DNA of 64,000 nt. Origin: Balanoglossus misakiensis. Its lineage: Eukaryota; Animalia; Hemichordata. Within the stretch, counting starts at the first letter, position 1. Each line of letters starts with the position of its first letter. Shown piece after piece: positions 1 through 11,300 of this stretch. The stretch covers positions 15,724,550 through 15,788,549 of the forward strand of contig CM082579.2 in NCBI GenBank assembly GCA_040954595.2, read 5' to 3'. The translations under genes and the position numbers were made by a program. Under the pieces are notes generated by a model. The model saw only the letters and a list, made by a program, of their open reading frames with translations, was not told the origin of the DNA and searched no databases.

Positions 1-1
1 A

Positions 2-359
2 GACGATGTACGTCTCCTGTATAATGAATGTATCACCAGTCCTTTTCGCATTATTGGTGTTTCAGAAACCTGGCAAATCAATAATCCAACTTTTTTTAAT
101 TTGCCAAATTACTCTTTTGAGTTAAATAGCAGAAACATCGGCCGGGGTGGCGGGGTAGGGGCATATATTCATTGTTCTCTTAAATACAAACTGTTAAACT
201 TTAATGTGGTTCATTCTGAATCACTATGGTTTGAAATATGCGGGTTAAAGAATCGCATAGTTGTCGGTGTGTTATATCGCAAACCAGGAACTAGTGTCAC
301 AGAGTTTGAAGACAGTCTTTTTAATGTTCTTTGTTCTTTGAAACTGGATAAAAAACATT
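2..359 (+). pseudogene. N-terminal part of the LINE ORF2 apurinic endonuclease, cut by the Ngaro insertion
   Basis: Open frame DDVRLLYNECITSPFRIIGVSETWQ...KLDKKH. Removing 360-4270 restores aaa aaa cat tgt att ctt atg = KKHCILM. Confidence 0.9.
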
Positions 360-496
360 TAGGCCCAACCCCTTGGGTGTAATTTGGGGCGCCCTCTGTG
401 TAGTGCGTCTTCCCGCCTTCCGGAGAGAATTGCTACTTTTGTAGGGCTTCCGCCATCTTGTAGAGTCACTTTTTCGAGCAGTCGCTCGCTTAAAAC
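360..496 (+). repeat. Ngaro split direct repeat A1
   Basis: Identical by eye to 3835-3971. Confidence 0.95.
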
Positions 497-539
497 TTCT
501 TCCAAAAATCCGTCTTTTTAGCCGCTTTGTCGTCACAAT

Positions 540-1718
540 ATGTCCGACCACTCAGACAGCGAAACTCTCCCACAGTCCGAAAGGCGGACTCCCAACTGCT
601 CTGGCTGCAAACAAGCAGTAAAAGGGCATCGCGCTCTTGGATTACAGCCAGGCCCAAACTGCACAGGCGTGCCCCAACCGCAAGGCGCAGATGGAAGCTC
701 TGCCATTCCCACCACATCCGTCGTCGTCGAACAGACTGACTCACTCCAGCTCGAAGATCTACAAGCCAGACAGGCAGAACTGTTACAGGAAAAGCAACTC
801 CTACTGCAGAAACGAGAGCAGCGTGCATTACAGACCCGCTCCAGCATCTCAGAACTAGAACACGAACTTGCCGCCCTCCGAGTGCGGGATGCCAACACAA
901 GTCCCATGCAACCGCCTCCATCGATCCCTTTATCGTCGGGCAACGGCTGTCCAACAACACTGGACACCCTTCGTCAAAACCCAGCGGCCAACCAAGCAGT
1001 CGACGCACAACTCTCTCACATCGTTAATTCGGCATTTGGCGCCTCCGCATTGCCAACGTCCATCGGACAGTCTACTCGTGCTGAATGGCCGATCGGCTAC
1101 ATGTCACAAGGTAAGCCAGGAAAGTCCCCTCGTGACTCTCAAGCCCCTAGCTTCGCAGACGAATCCAGAGTGAAATGGCCACATTTGCGCCTACCTCGCG
1201 AAAAAGGAGGAAAAGTCCCCAAATTCGACAACTTAACCATCGCACAACTGGTCAGAGGTGAATTAGAAATACTCAACTCCGTCTACCTGCCCATCTCGTC
1301 TGAGGAACGCGCTCCCAGATCACTGCATCTACAGAACTTAATGAGACTCGCTCATAAGCACGATTGGTCAGACGTACTGAATTTTCACGGTACCATCTTA
1401 GAAAAGATACAAAGCGCAGAACTACGTTGGCAAGACTGCTTCGACCGTTATGAAAAAGAACTTCTCTCACCCGACACCCTGAAATCCGTCAAACAAGGCA
1501 CTGATAGCGGCAAGACACAGGCCGTCAAGAAGAGCGATATTTGTTACAAATACAACCTCCAGACATGCGAATGGGGCGACAAGTGTTTTAGACGCCACAT
1601 CTGCTATCACTGTTTCAAAATTAACAACACAGCCACACCTCACAGCGGCAAAGACTGCCACCTCGCCACCAGCAAGAAGAATGACAGCTCCAATGGTGAT
1701 GCATCTGATTCGGACTGA
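540..1718 (+). CDS. Ngaro ORF1, Gag-like protein with a coiled coil and C-terminal Cys/His zinc finger
   Basis: 392-aa intact ORF directly after A1. Q/E/L-rich coiled-coil segment; CYKYNLQTCEWGDKCFRRHICYHC...H...C, as in DIRS/Ngaro Gag. Confidence 0.82.
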   Translation: MSDHSDSETLPQSERRTPNCSGCKQAVKGHRALGLQPGPNCTGVPQPQGADGSSAIPTTSVVVEQTDSLQLEDLQARQAELLQEKQLLLQKREQRALQTRSSISELEHELAALRVRDANTSPMQPPPSIPLSSGNGCPTTLDTLRQNPAANQAVDAQLSHIVNSAFGASALPTSIGQSTRAEWPIGYMSQGKPGKSPRDSQAPSFADESRVKWPHLRLPREKGGKVPKFDNLTIAQLVRGELEILNSVYLPISSEERAPRSLHLQNLMRLAHKHDWSDVLNFHGTILEKIQSAELRWQDCFDRYEKELLSPDTLKSVKQGTDSGKTQAVKKSDICYKYNLQTCEWGDKCFRRHICYHCFKINNTATPHSGKDCHLATSKKNDSSNGDASDSD

Positions 1719-1909
1719 ACTTCAGTTGTTGGGTTGACTCCCAGGTTCACAGAGACTACATTGTGTTCGGTCTCTTCCTCATAGAACATTCCGTACTCTT
1801 CTGCATTGGCAGAATTTTCTAGCGCTCGGTCACCGTCCTACGCTAACATTCGGGCTCCCTGGTCACATACACCACGCCCTTCATGCATCTCAGGCCATAC
1901 AGCCGCATC

Positions 1910-2227
1910 ATCTGACATTGTGTCTCACTCAGCGAACGAGGACCCACCGTCCTCGTCCACTTCAAACATTGTAACAATTCCTCCGATTTCAGCTTCGCCT
2001 CTGACATCGCTGTATTTAAACTTTCCGTCGAGCATTCAGGTCGCTCATGAGACCTTCATATACTTCAAATCTGACATTGTGTCTTACTCAGCGAACGAGG
2101 ACCCACCGTCCTCGTCCACTTCAAACATTGTAACAATTCCTCCGATTTCAGCTTCGCCTCTGACATCGCTGTATTTAAACTTTCCGTCGAGCATTCAGGT
2201 CGCTCATGAGACCTTCATATACTTCAA
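1910..2227 (+). repeat. 159-bp tandem duplication at the RT deletion breakpoint
   Basis: tctgacattgtgtct... at 1911 and 2070; near-identical copies. Confidence 0.92.
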
Positions 2228-2229
2228 TA

Positions 2230-2442
2230 TTTACGAGAGTTATGGCTAGTGTCCACACTCAATAGTTTTGACTTAAAGCGGTGCATATTCAGGGTCAGGA
2301 TAATCGCTTAGCTGACCATTTAAGCAGATGGCACATTTCTCAGCATCACAGTTTTGAATTTCATGCGTTAACCAATAGTATGCATGTGATAGAGGTGGCA
2401 GTGCCAGTCACATATTTCACTAACTTTCTCTATGACCTGTAA
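2230..2442 (+). pseudogene. RNase H C-terminal remnant of Ngaro pol
   Basis: LRELWLVS...(frameshift)...VHIQGQDNRLADHLSRW matches the DIRS RNase H motif HIxGxxNxxADxLSR. No RT motifs upstream. Confidence 0.8.
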
Positions 2443-2505
2443 GCTTCACTGTCCATGTTCCCAGCGTCGAGATGTATTCTCAGTTAGGTTTCATTCCTTA
2501 TTTCA

Positions 2506-3500
2506 GGGTCGTCATGGCTTGCCCTTCACCAGCAAACAACAGCCTTACAAGCTTCCGCATTTGCTACAGGGACAGTCCAAAATTTGAAAAGCCAGTGGAA
2601 GGCTTTCTTATTGTTTTGCCACTTCTTCGGCCTCAAGCCAACACCGGCATCACCGCATGTTCTTTCCATGTTTCTTACCTTTTTATCTCGTTCAGTCAGT
2701 TCAGTGCAGTCACTGAAAAACTACTTGCATGGTGTTTCTAAATTGCATTCGTATTTAGGCATTGGATGTTCGGCCTTAGAGAGTTTTCAAGTCAAACTGA
2801 CTTTGAGAGGTCTTCAGCGAGTTCATCCCCAGTCATGTACTCAGAAGCTGTCCATCACTCCGCATATCATGTTAGCTTTACATAGGTTGTTAGATTTTTC
2901 CAACCCTTTTCATCAAGTTTTTTCGGACCGCTTGCTTATTGGGTTTTTTCACATTTCTCAGGAAGTCCAACCTTACTGTTCCTTCTCGCACGACCTTTGA
3001 CCCCCAGAAGCACCTGTGTCGGGGGGGATATACAGTTTAGTGCTTTTGGGCTACACGTTCTCATTCGTTGGTCAAAAACCAATCAGTTCCACGATCGCGT
3101 GTGCTCAATCCCAGTTGCGCGGTTACCAGGCTCAGTGTTATGCCCAGTCACGTCTTTCGAACGCATGCGCGACTTGATCCCAGCTCCAGCCGGAGCACCA
3201 GCATTTGTCTATCCTTCACAGGGTACCCTAGTCCCCCTCACCCACAGCGCATTTGTGTCTTTTCTGCGTTCCGTCTTAGCGCAAGCCGGGTTCAACCCCT
3301 CTCTCTACTCAGGCCATAGTTTCCGCAGGGGCGGCGCTTCTTTCGCTTTCGAAGCAGGGGTTCCTGGGGAACTTATCAAATTGCACGGGGACTGGAAATC
3401 ATCCGCTTACTTGCGCTACTTACATGTCAGCCCACAAAAGTGCTGCTCAGTCACCACCCTTATGCAAGAGCATTTGCGTTCCCACTTCAATCAGGCTTGA
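2506..3500 (+). pseudogene. Tyrosine recombinase with frameshifts near 2925 and 3025
   Basis: SAFATGTVQNLKSQW; FFTFLRKSNL (catalytic R, in an alternate frame at ~2945-2975); SKTNQF; LCPV; YSGHSFRRGGAS; HGDWKSSAYLRY. Confidence 0.9.
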
Positions 3501-3618
3501 AGTTTTCACATCTTTTCTCCATTGTGTTAGGTATCTTTCTAGTAAGTTCCTCGGCAGTTTTGTATTTTACTCGCTAATGGGAACTCCCTGAATGCTTCCC
3601 CTCCCCTGGTTTGGCGGC

Positions 3619-4270
3619 TTGGAGCTGGTTTTGTCAAACTCTTTTTCATCTGCATATTAAAGATTTTGCCAAGTTTCCGCCAACCCATGAGTGTGTCGCA
3701 TTCTGTTCCTTCCCATTAGCCACTAGTTTTCAAACATTTATACTGTTCGAGTGTTTCAGGTGTATTTGTATACAAGACGTGTTTTCCTGTACAATTGTTA
3801 TATAAGTAGAGTTCCACAGAGGCAGCCACTAATTTAGGCCCAACCCCTTGGGTGTAATTTGGGGCGCCCTCTGTGTAGTGCGTCTTCCCGCCTTCCGGAG
3901 AGAATTGCTACTTTTGTAGGGCTTCCGCCATCTTGTAGAGTCACTTTTTCGAGCAGTCGCTCGCTTAAAACCCCACCCACCACTACCCATGGCTTTTCTT
4001 TGTATGTTTGTTATATTTATTTTATTTACCTTTATTCACATGGTTTATAAGTGGTTGGAGCTGGTTTTGTCAAACTCTTTTTCATCTGCATATTAAAGAT
4101 TTTGCCAAGTTTCCGCCAACCCATGAGTGTGTCGCATTCTGTTCCTTCCCATTAGCCACTAGTTTTCAAACATTTATACTGTTCGAGTGTTTCAGGTGTA
4201 TTTGTATACAAGACGTGTTTTCCTGTACAATTGTTATATAAGTAGAGTTCCACAGAGGCAGCCACTAATT
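3619..4270 (+). repeat. Ngaro 3' repeat block B1 (3619-3834), A2 (3835-3971), B2 (4055-4270)
   Basis: Two 216-bp B copies (ttggagctgg...gccactaatt) flank the second A copy and a short unique spacer. Confidence 0.95.
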
Positions 4271-4278
4271 GTATTCTT

Positions 4279-6711
4279 ATGGGTGACTTTAATATTGATG
4301 TGTCAAGTCCAGATTCAAGTGCTCGGGATTTTATACCAAGGATGCCATGTCTTCATCTAGAACAGTTAATCTCCTCCCCAACTCGTATTACAAGTACTTC
4401 CAAGTCGACCATTGATCATATTTATTCCAATATTAGCTCTTGTCACATTGATGCTGGTACAATTATTGCTGATATTTCAGATCACTTACCTATTTTCTCT
4501 ATTTTCAACAACTTCAATGTCCACACGCCATTTGTACGGTCAGTTTGTACAAGGAATTTCAGGCGCTATAACTCTGCTCGTTTTATTTCTGATTTAATTA
4601 ATGTTAACTGGAACGTTGTTATGCATAACAATAGCTGTGTAAACACTGCTTTTGACACCTTCAGCAATTTGTTCAGCCAGGTGTGTGACCATCATGCCCC
4701 ACTTGAGGTTAAAACTATTAAGGCCAAGTGTAACAAAAATCCCTGGATTACCAAAGCTATTAAGAAGTCAATTCGCACCAAACGCAAACTATATGCTAAA
4801 GTTGTCACCACACAACATGAACCAAGTGCTGTTGCTCGCTACACAACCTACAGAAATATTCTTACAAGTGTTTTAAGAAAAGCCAAAAGGGTGTATTATG
4901 CTAATTTATTCACTGTAAACAACAATGGTAAAGTGTGGAATGTTGTAAATGAGTTGCTTGGTAAAAACACTACTTTAGATAAAGCACCAGATCAGTTAAA
5001 GGTCAATGTAAATGGGATTGAAAGGTTGGTAGATAAGCCAGCTGATATGGCTAAGTGTTTTAATGACTTCTTTGTACATGTGGGTCAAAATCTGGCAAAA
5101 CACATTCCAAAAACCACAAAAGATTTTAAAAATTATATGAATGATCCTATGCCAAACTCTTTTTTTCTCCATCCTGTTACGGCTGCTGAGATAAAAGAGA
5201 TTTTGGTGCATCTTGACAGTAATAAGGCCAGTGGGTGGGATAATATTCCTCCAAGACTCCTAATTGATGCAGCTGATGTTATTGCTCAACCTTTGACCCA
5301 CATCATAAATATGTCTTTCTGTACCGGTGTCTTCCCTAATTCCTTAAAAGTCGCTAAGGTTAAACCTATCTTCAAGAAAGGAGAACAGAACATTGCTGGG
5401 AACTACAGACCCATCGCCATTTTATCAATGTTCAGTAAAGTGATAGAAAAAGTGGTAAACAAACAAGTGATTACTTACCTTGATAAATATAATATATTAT
5501 ATAAGCACCAGTATGGCTTTAGAAAGAACCATAGCACCAAGCTCACTTTGATTAACTTAGTTAACCACTTGTTAAAAGAAATTGATAAGGGGAATTCCAC
5601 ACTGGGGGTGTTTATTGACTTCAGCAAAGCTTTCGATACCATTCACCATGCCACTTTATTGTCCAAGCTTGAACATTACGGGTTTAGGGGCCCCTGCCAG
5701 CATTGGTTTAACAGCTACCTCACAGACCGCTCACAGTATGTCACATTAACCAGTCATGTTTCAGAAAAGTCCTTGATCCACAATGGAGTCCCACAGGGAT
5801 CAGTTTTGGGCCCAACCCTTTTCCTTATTTATATCAATGACCTTCCAAATTCTTCTACATTTTTTGATTTCCGTTTATTTGCTGACGACTCCAATCTCTT
5901 CCATTCCTTCTCAGGTGCAGATAGTATTAACTTGACTCATATATCCTCTTATTTAAATGATGTTCAGCAATGGTGCAATGCCAACAAACTAACAATTAAT
6001 AGGGCCAAGACTCACTTTATTATTTTTAGGGGTCGGCAGAAAAAACTTAATGTTCTTGGGTCATTGCAAATCCAGAATGAAGAAATCAAAGAGGTTGATG
6101 TGATACCATTTGTTGGGGTTTTATTGGATAAGCATCTGTCATGGTCACATCAAATTAACAAAATAAATAATCTCATTAGGAAGCACTGTGGAATTTTATA
6201 CAAGATTAGAAATATTTTACCACTCCATATCAGAATTTTGTATTACAACGCCTTCATACTCCCCCATGTTACATATGGTCTTGAGGTTTGGGGCAATACT
6301 TACCCCACAAAGTTACGTTGTATCCAAGTTGCCCAAAAAACAATTGTACGTATAATGCTTTTCAAATCACACATGGACCATTCTTCTCCTCTCTTTAATC
6401 AACTGAATATTTTGGATACTACCAAGCTTCACAGTTATTTACTAGGTTCCTTCATTTATTATTTATATCACCAGAAATCTCCACATTCACTTTCAGATTA
6501 TTTTAACACAACAAGTCATGAGCATAATACCAGAATTTGGTTACATCACTATCTACGCCCGTTCCATGCCAAAACAAACTCAGGCCAGTTCTCGATATCA
6601 CATACTGGAGCAAAAATCTGGAACGATATTCCTCCACAAATTAAGTCTTCAAATACTTTATGCCAATTTCGTAGGACATTTAAACAACACCTCTTAAACC
6701 AGTACAAATGA
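4279..6711 (+). CDS. LINE ORF2 remainder: endonuclease C-terminus plus reverse transcriptase
   Basis: 810-aa open frame with GDFN, SDH, NYRPI, FIDFSKAFDTI, GVPQGSVLGPTLFLIYINDL and FADD. Confidence 0.93.
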   Translation: MGDFNIDVSSPDSSARDFIPRMPCLHLEQLISSPTRITSTSKSTIDHIYSNISSCHIDAGTIIADISDHLPIFSIFNNFNVHTPFVRSVCTRNFRRYNSARFISDLINVNWNVVMHNNSCVNTAFDTFSNLFSQVCDHHAPLEVKTIKAKCNKNPWITKAIKKSIRTKRKLYAKVVTTQHEPSAVARYTTYRNILTSVLRKAKRVYYANLFTVNNNGKVWNVVNELLGKNTTLDKAPDQLKVNVNGIERLVDKPADMAKCFNDFFVHVGQNLAKHIPKTTKDFKNYMNDPMPNSFFLHPVTAAEIKEILVHLDSNKASGWDNIPPRLLIDAADVIAQPLTHIINMSFCTGVFPNSLKVAKVKPIFKKGEQNIAGNYRPIAILSMFSKVIEKVVNKQVITYLDKYNILYKHQYGFRKNHSTKLTLINLVNHLLKEIDKGNSTLGVFIDFSKAFDTIHHATLLSKLEHYGFRGPCQHWFNSYLTDRSQYVTLTSHVSEKSLIHNGVPQGSVLGPTLFLIYINDLPNSSTFFDFRLFADDSNLFHSFSGADSINLTHISSYLNDVQQWCNANKLTINRAKTHFIIFRGRQKKLNVLGSLQIQNEEIKEVDVIPFVGVLLDKHLSWSHQINKINNLIRKHCGILYKIRNILPLHIRILYYNAFILPHVTYGLEVWGNTYPTKLRCIQVAQKTIVRIMLFKSHMDHSSPLFNQLNILDTTKLHSYLLGSFIYYLYHQKSPHSLSDYFNTTSHEHNTRIWLHHYLRPFHAKTNSGQFSISHTGAKIWNDIPPQIKSSNTLCQFRRTFKQHLLNQYK

Positions 6712-7046
6712 ATTTGTAATTTTCTTGATGTAGTATGATGCTGTTTTGTTTGTTTGTTTGTTTGTGATTGTTGTTCCTTTCTTTTTTCCATTACCATTTG
6801 CAATGGATAACTTTACACTGTTGTAGTGAGATCGTACTTGAATCACGCTTCAAGCGTTCCCTCAACATTATCTTTTTTTTTCTGTAACCAAGCAAGCTAT
6901 ATTGTAGGAGTACAGGCTAGACTAGCTGTGGCTATTTCCTGACTCCATATTTACCCACCATTTGTATTTTTACCTATCATATGTACCCTTTAATTAATGG
7001 GTAAATAAAACATTATTATTATTATTATTATTATTATATAACTGAC

Positions 7047-8249
7047 CTGGTTAGCAGTTGAAGGACCATACCAAAAGCTGTTGTCAGCAAAAGCATCATC
7101 ACCATCTGTCCTCAACATGGCTTGAGCAGTCATTATCACTCCTGTTTCTGTGCCATGATCTGCTCGCAAGATCCTGGGGCAACCTGCAAACAAATTAGGA
7201 TTGACATTGGCAGCTCTTACAGTTAAAATGTTAACCCCCCCCCCAAAAAAAAAAAAAAAAAAATTGTACACACTAGATTTAATTTTTAAGAAAGATTTTC
7301 ATTCCAAATGCTTTACTGCCTACACGTAGTTTCAATGTTTTTCAACACAGCCTGGATATGTGAAGATCATTACAATGTTGCCACAGGAAATATTGGGTAC
7401 AAGACTAATATGAGCATGCAATGGATAATTGTCATTGATTAGTGGTTGGCTAAATTTATCGCCTTTACCCAGTTCAGAAATGTCAATAAAACAAATTTTG
7501 TCAAAATGATATGTTTAACAACCTTGAGTGAATGTGTCTATTACCTTTCAGCTTCTCAACTGTGTCTATGAAATAGGAAGCAACTTTGCTTGGATCATTG
7601 TTTGATGCACCAACTTTCAACCACAACACCCTTCGCGAAAATCTATAGAAAACAAAGTTATTATTAATTTTCAAATTAAAAAAGGAATAAGTAAATTTCA
7701 TTGCATAAACATATTTCCACAGAATTGTTACTAAATGTGCTTCATTAATCTTAGCTTTCATCAATATTGTGATTCTCAAAAAACCAATGGTGTTACAATG
7801 GGTCTCCAGCATTCCTCAGAAAGGTTTGTATAGATGATAAGTTGATAGCACTTACCCATCGATGCAACCATGAATGGCAAATCCATATGGAGATAGTTTA
7901 TCATACCCATCTAAAAAAAAAAATCAAAACACAATGTCATACATGCCTAAATGTAGGGATAAACTGTTAATGCCATCTTGAAAATTTGCAGTGCATTATG
8001 GGTCAATTGAGTTCCGGTTGGGGGGAGTAGCGTCTACAACCTATCCATTTCCAGCGGTTTAGTCAGATTTTCTTCATGTAACTACTACTACTAACGTTAC
8101 TTGAAGAAAATCTGACAAAACTGCTGGAAAATTGGATAGGTTGTAGACGCTACTCCTCCCCCCCCCAACTGGGACTCAATTGACCGATAATGCACTGCAA
8201 ATTTTCAAGATGGCGTTAACACAGTTTATCCCTATATTTAGGCATGTAT

Positions 8250-8320
<71 letters not shown>

Positions 8321-11300
8321 CTGCATTCACAAACACCTCTGGAGGGGGGGGGGGGGCGGGAGAATTCATTTTTTTTTACCGCTAATTTTCACATGCCCCC
8401 CTTCCGAACTGCCAATATTTTCAAATCCCCCCCTTCCGAACTGCCAAAATTTTGAAATCCCCCCCCCCCATTTTCTTTCACAGAGCAAAACACATCACCT
8501 ATCTATCTTGTAAAAAGAAAAACAGCGCTCCCATGAAAAGAATTTGAAACTGATGTTTCCCCTCATCAGTAGGTATTAAAACTGAACATTGTTTTTATTT
8601 TTTAAGTACATATATTTGTATTCTGTGTTGGGAGACATTGTAAACCGAGAATTGAAGGGGGTGGGTTTGGGAGGGGGTGCTCAAAGCTGCATTTTAATGA
8701 ACCCGGCAAAAGCAAATTAACTCAACTACCGGTATGTTGGGGAGGACAAATTTAACCGTCGTCGCTCAAAGTTATCATGGGGTGGGGCAAGTCCCCTGAC
8801 CTGGGACACTAGATAAACCAGTCTATGATTAAAAGGTGTTGATGAATGGAGGGGGTAGGTGTGGGAGGGGGTGTCCCCCTCCCACATTAGAAAATTTTGT
8901 AAAATAAAGGGCGCGAAACTGCATATTTGTGGACTCAAAATAAATATTTAGTCATTAAAGTTTTCAAGTCCCCCCCTTTCAGTCCCTAAATTATTTCAAA
9001 TCCCCCCCCCTTACATACCCTCAATTTTTTCAAATCCCCCCCCCTCAATTCTCCTGCCCCCCCCCCCTCCAGAGGTGTTTGTGAATGCAGCCTAATACGA
9101 TTTGGGAGTTCGTTGCAAGTACTGCTGGCAGAGTGCTCGATGGTGTAAATCCAGAGCTTGATAGTAGAGTGTGCAAGGGAACTAAGGCTGTTTTGACATA
9201 GGCGGTGTATTACTGTTCAGTTTCGTGTAAGCGGGGCCTACACTCGTCAGATACTGATGCCTGAATGATGGTGAAGGGTGTGGACAACAGGGAATTGGGT
9301 AGGGTGGATATGCAAATGGGCCTACATTTGAATGGGAGTGTGTATTGATTGGGGCTGTGTGGAGGGGTGCTGATTGGCCAGATTCTTCAGGAGGAATTTG
9401 CTGGAGTGGCGGCATGTGCTGACGAGTTCGTTACGTTTGTTGAGTGTGGCTAGTTTTGGTTTGCATATGATGAAATATTTTTCCCAAAGACATAGGTTGC
9501 ATCTGTTGCTGGTGGGGGTATAGGGGCTAGCTTGTTTTATTGTTTTCCATGTGATTTTGTGTTCTATGTGCTCGTCCTTTAGTTTCCAAATGTATTTACT
9601 GAGTTCTGTACTGTTCTTTTTGGCGGCGTTCCTGAATGAGTCCTTGTGGTTGTTGAAGCGGGTCTTGAAGGTGTTGGCAGTTAGTCCGACGTAGGTTTGG
9701 TCTGGCTTGCTATCCTGCGTAGTAACGGTGGCTTGGTATACAATTGATTCGGTCAGGCAGTGTCCTGACATTGGGCAGTTTGCAGGTGACCGGCAGTTGC
9801 ATTGTTTTTTAGTGCTGTTGTCGTTGTTGCTGGAAAGTACCGATTTGTTGTGATTCTGGATGGTTTGTGCTGTGTTGCTCATGGTGCTGTAGCTTATTTT
9901 TACTGTGTTCCGGTTGAATATCTTGTGGAGGGTGTGGCTTGGTGGGAATTCTTCGTTAATTATTTTGAGGAACTCTCTCCCTATATGTGTGGCGACGTTT
10001 TTACTGTACGGTGGGGTGTACCATATTATGTTCCTGCTGCGGTTTCTCTTGTGGGCTTGTGGTTGTTCTGTTGGCGGCGTGAATTTCAGTTCATGTTTGT
10101 ATCCGCTTTTGTAGATGGCCTGTTGGTATAGTGGTGCGGCCGTGTTGAAGCATTCGTCGTCATATGAAATTTCTGAGAGTCGCTTGTTGATGGATTCTGG
10201 TATGTTTTTGAGGATTCCTGGTGGGTGGTTTGATTTGCTGTGGACGTATTGCGGTATGTTGTTGGGTTTCGTGTAGGGCTGGTATTTTCCGGTGGTTAGG
10301 TTCAGGGTGGTGTCGAGAAAGTTCACAATTTTTTTGTTGGCTTCGATTGTGATTTTCAGTCCATATTGGTTGAAGATGGCGCAGAGGTCTTTCTTTTTGC
10401 GTTCCACTTGTCGTGCTGACGCCTTGATTATACCGAGGCCGTCGTCCCTGTATAGGCCAAATTGGTTGCCGTGTTTTTTGGTGATCTCGTGGAGTATGAA
10501 TGTGCCGACAAGCTCGCATGTTTCGGCGCCATCGTAGCTACCCATGGTTACGTCAAATAGGTTGGATGATGATTTTTTCGTCCATTGTTCATTTTCGTTG
10601 AAGAGGCATGATCTCTTGGCATGGGTGATAATTTCTTTTTCGTCATTGGTGATATTATCATGGTTGGATGCAAATTCCAGCGCTGTGTTGAGCAGGTCGG
10701 CCGAGATGGATGGGTAAAAGTCTACCACATCGAATGCAATGAATGAATATTGGTGCTTGTTGGGGATGCTATTAAACCATTTTAGGACTGCTTTGGTGCT
10801 CTTCCATTGGTTGAGACCTGTCTTTGTGATGACTTTCTTGTTGATTCTGTCTAGTATTTGTTTGCTGATTTTTCCGATTTCTGATTTTGCTGGGTTGATG
10901 AGACGGCATGTAGGCTTGTTTTTGAAGTTGGGCTTATGGTCTTTCAGGGTTATGAATGCTTCCCTTTTGGCTGTGGTGTTGATTCTGTCACCAAGGTCTA
11001 GTTTTGCTGCAATGTGGGCGGCGTCGGTTTCGATCATTTTGGTGGTTTCCGGGGGGACCTTCTTATATGACTTAGTAATGTTCTTGCTTAGTAAGGTATT
11101 GTAGGAAGGGGGGTCCATCTTGTAAAAGTTGTTGGATTTGTCTGCTGGTACGAGGAGGTCCTGGGATTTCTTGATTTTGCTAACATCTGATGCTAGTTGT
11201 CTTTGGAAGCGGCAGTTAATATTTTGAAATTTTATGTTTTCGATCATGTTCAGCAGCCTGCCTTCAAAGCTTACCAATTCTTGAATTTGCGGTGGTGTCT

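Larger units (their letters stand above)
360..4270 (+). mobile_element. Ngaro-type (DIRS order) tyrosine-recombinase retrotransposon, RT-deleted, with split direct repeats A1...B1-A2-B2
   Basis: A1 360-496 = A2 3835-3971; B1 3619-3834 = B2 4055-4270. Contains a Gag-like ORF, an RNase H remnant and a YR gene. ATT is present at both ends and at the B1/A2 junction. Confidence 0.92.
1..7037 (+). mobile_element. CR1-group (Crack/L2/Daphne-like) LINE; 5' end lies outside the window; interrupted by an Ngaro element
   Basis: APE endonuclease motifs IIGVSETW, GGGVGAY and VGVLYRKP (frame of 2-359) continue as CILMGDFN...ISDHLPIF from 4271. The RT follows, then a 3' UTR ending in AATAAA plus a (TTA)n tail at ~7004-7037. 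Clade call is from C-terminal motifs only. Confidence 0.9.
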
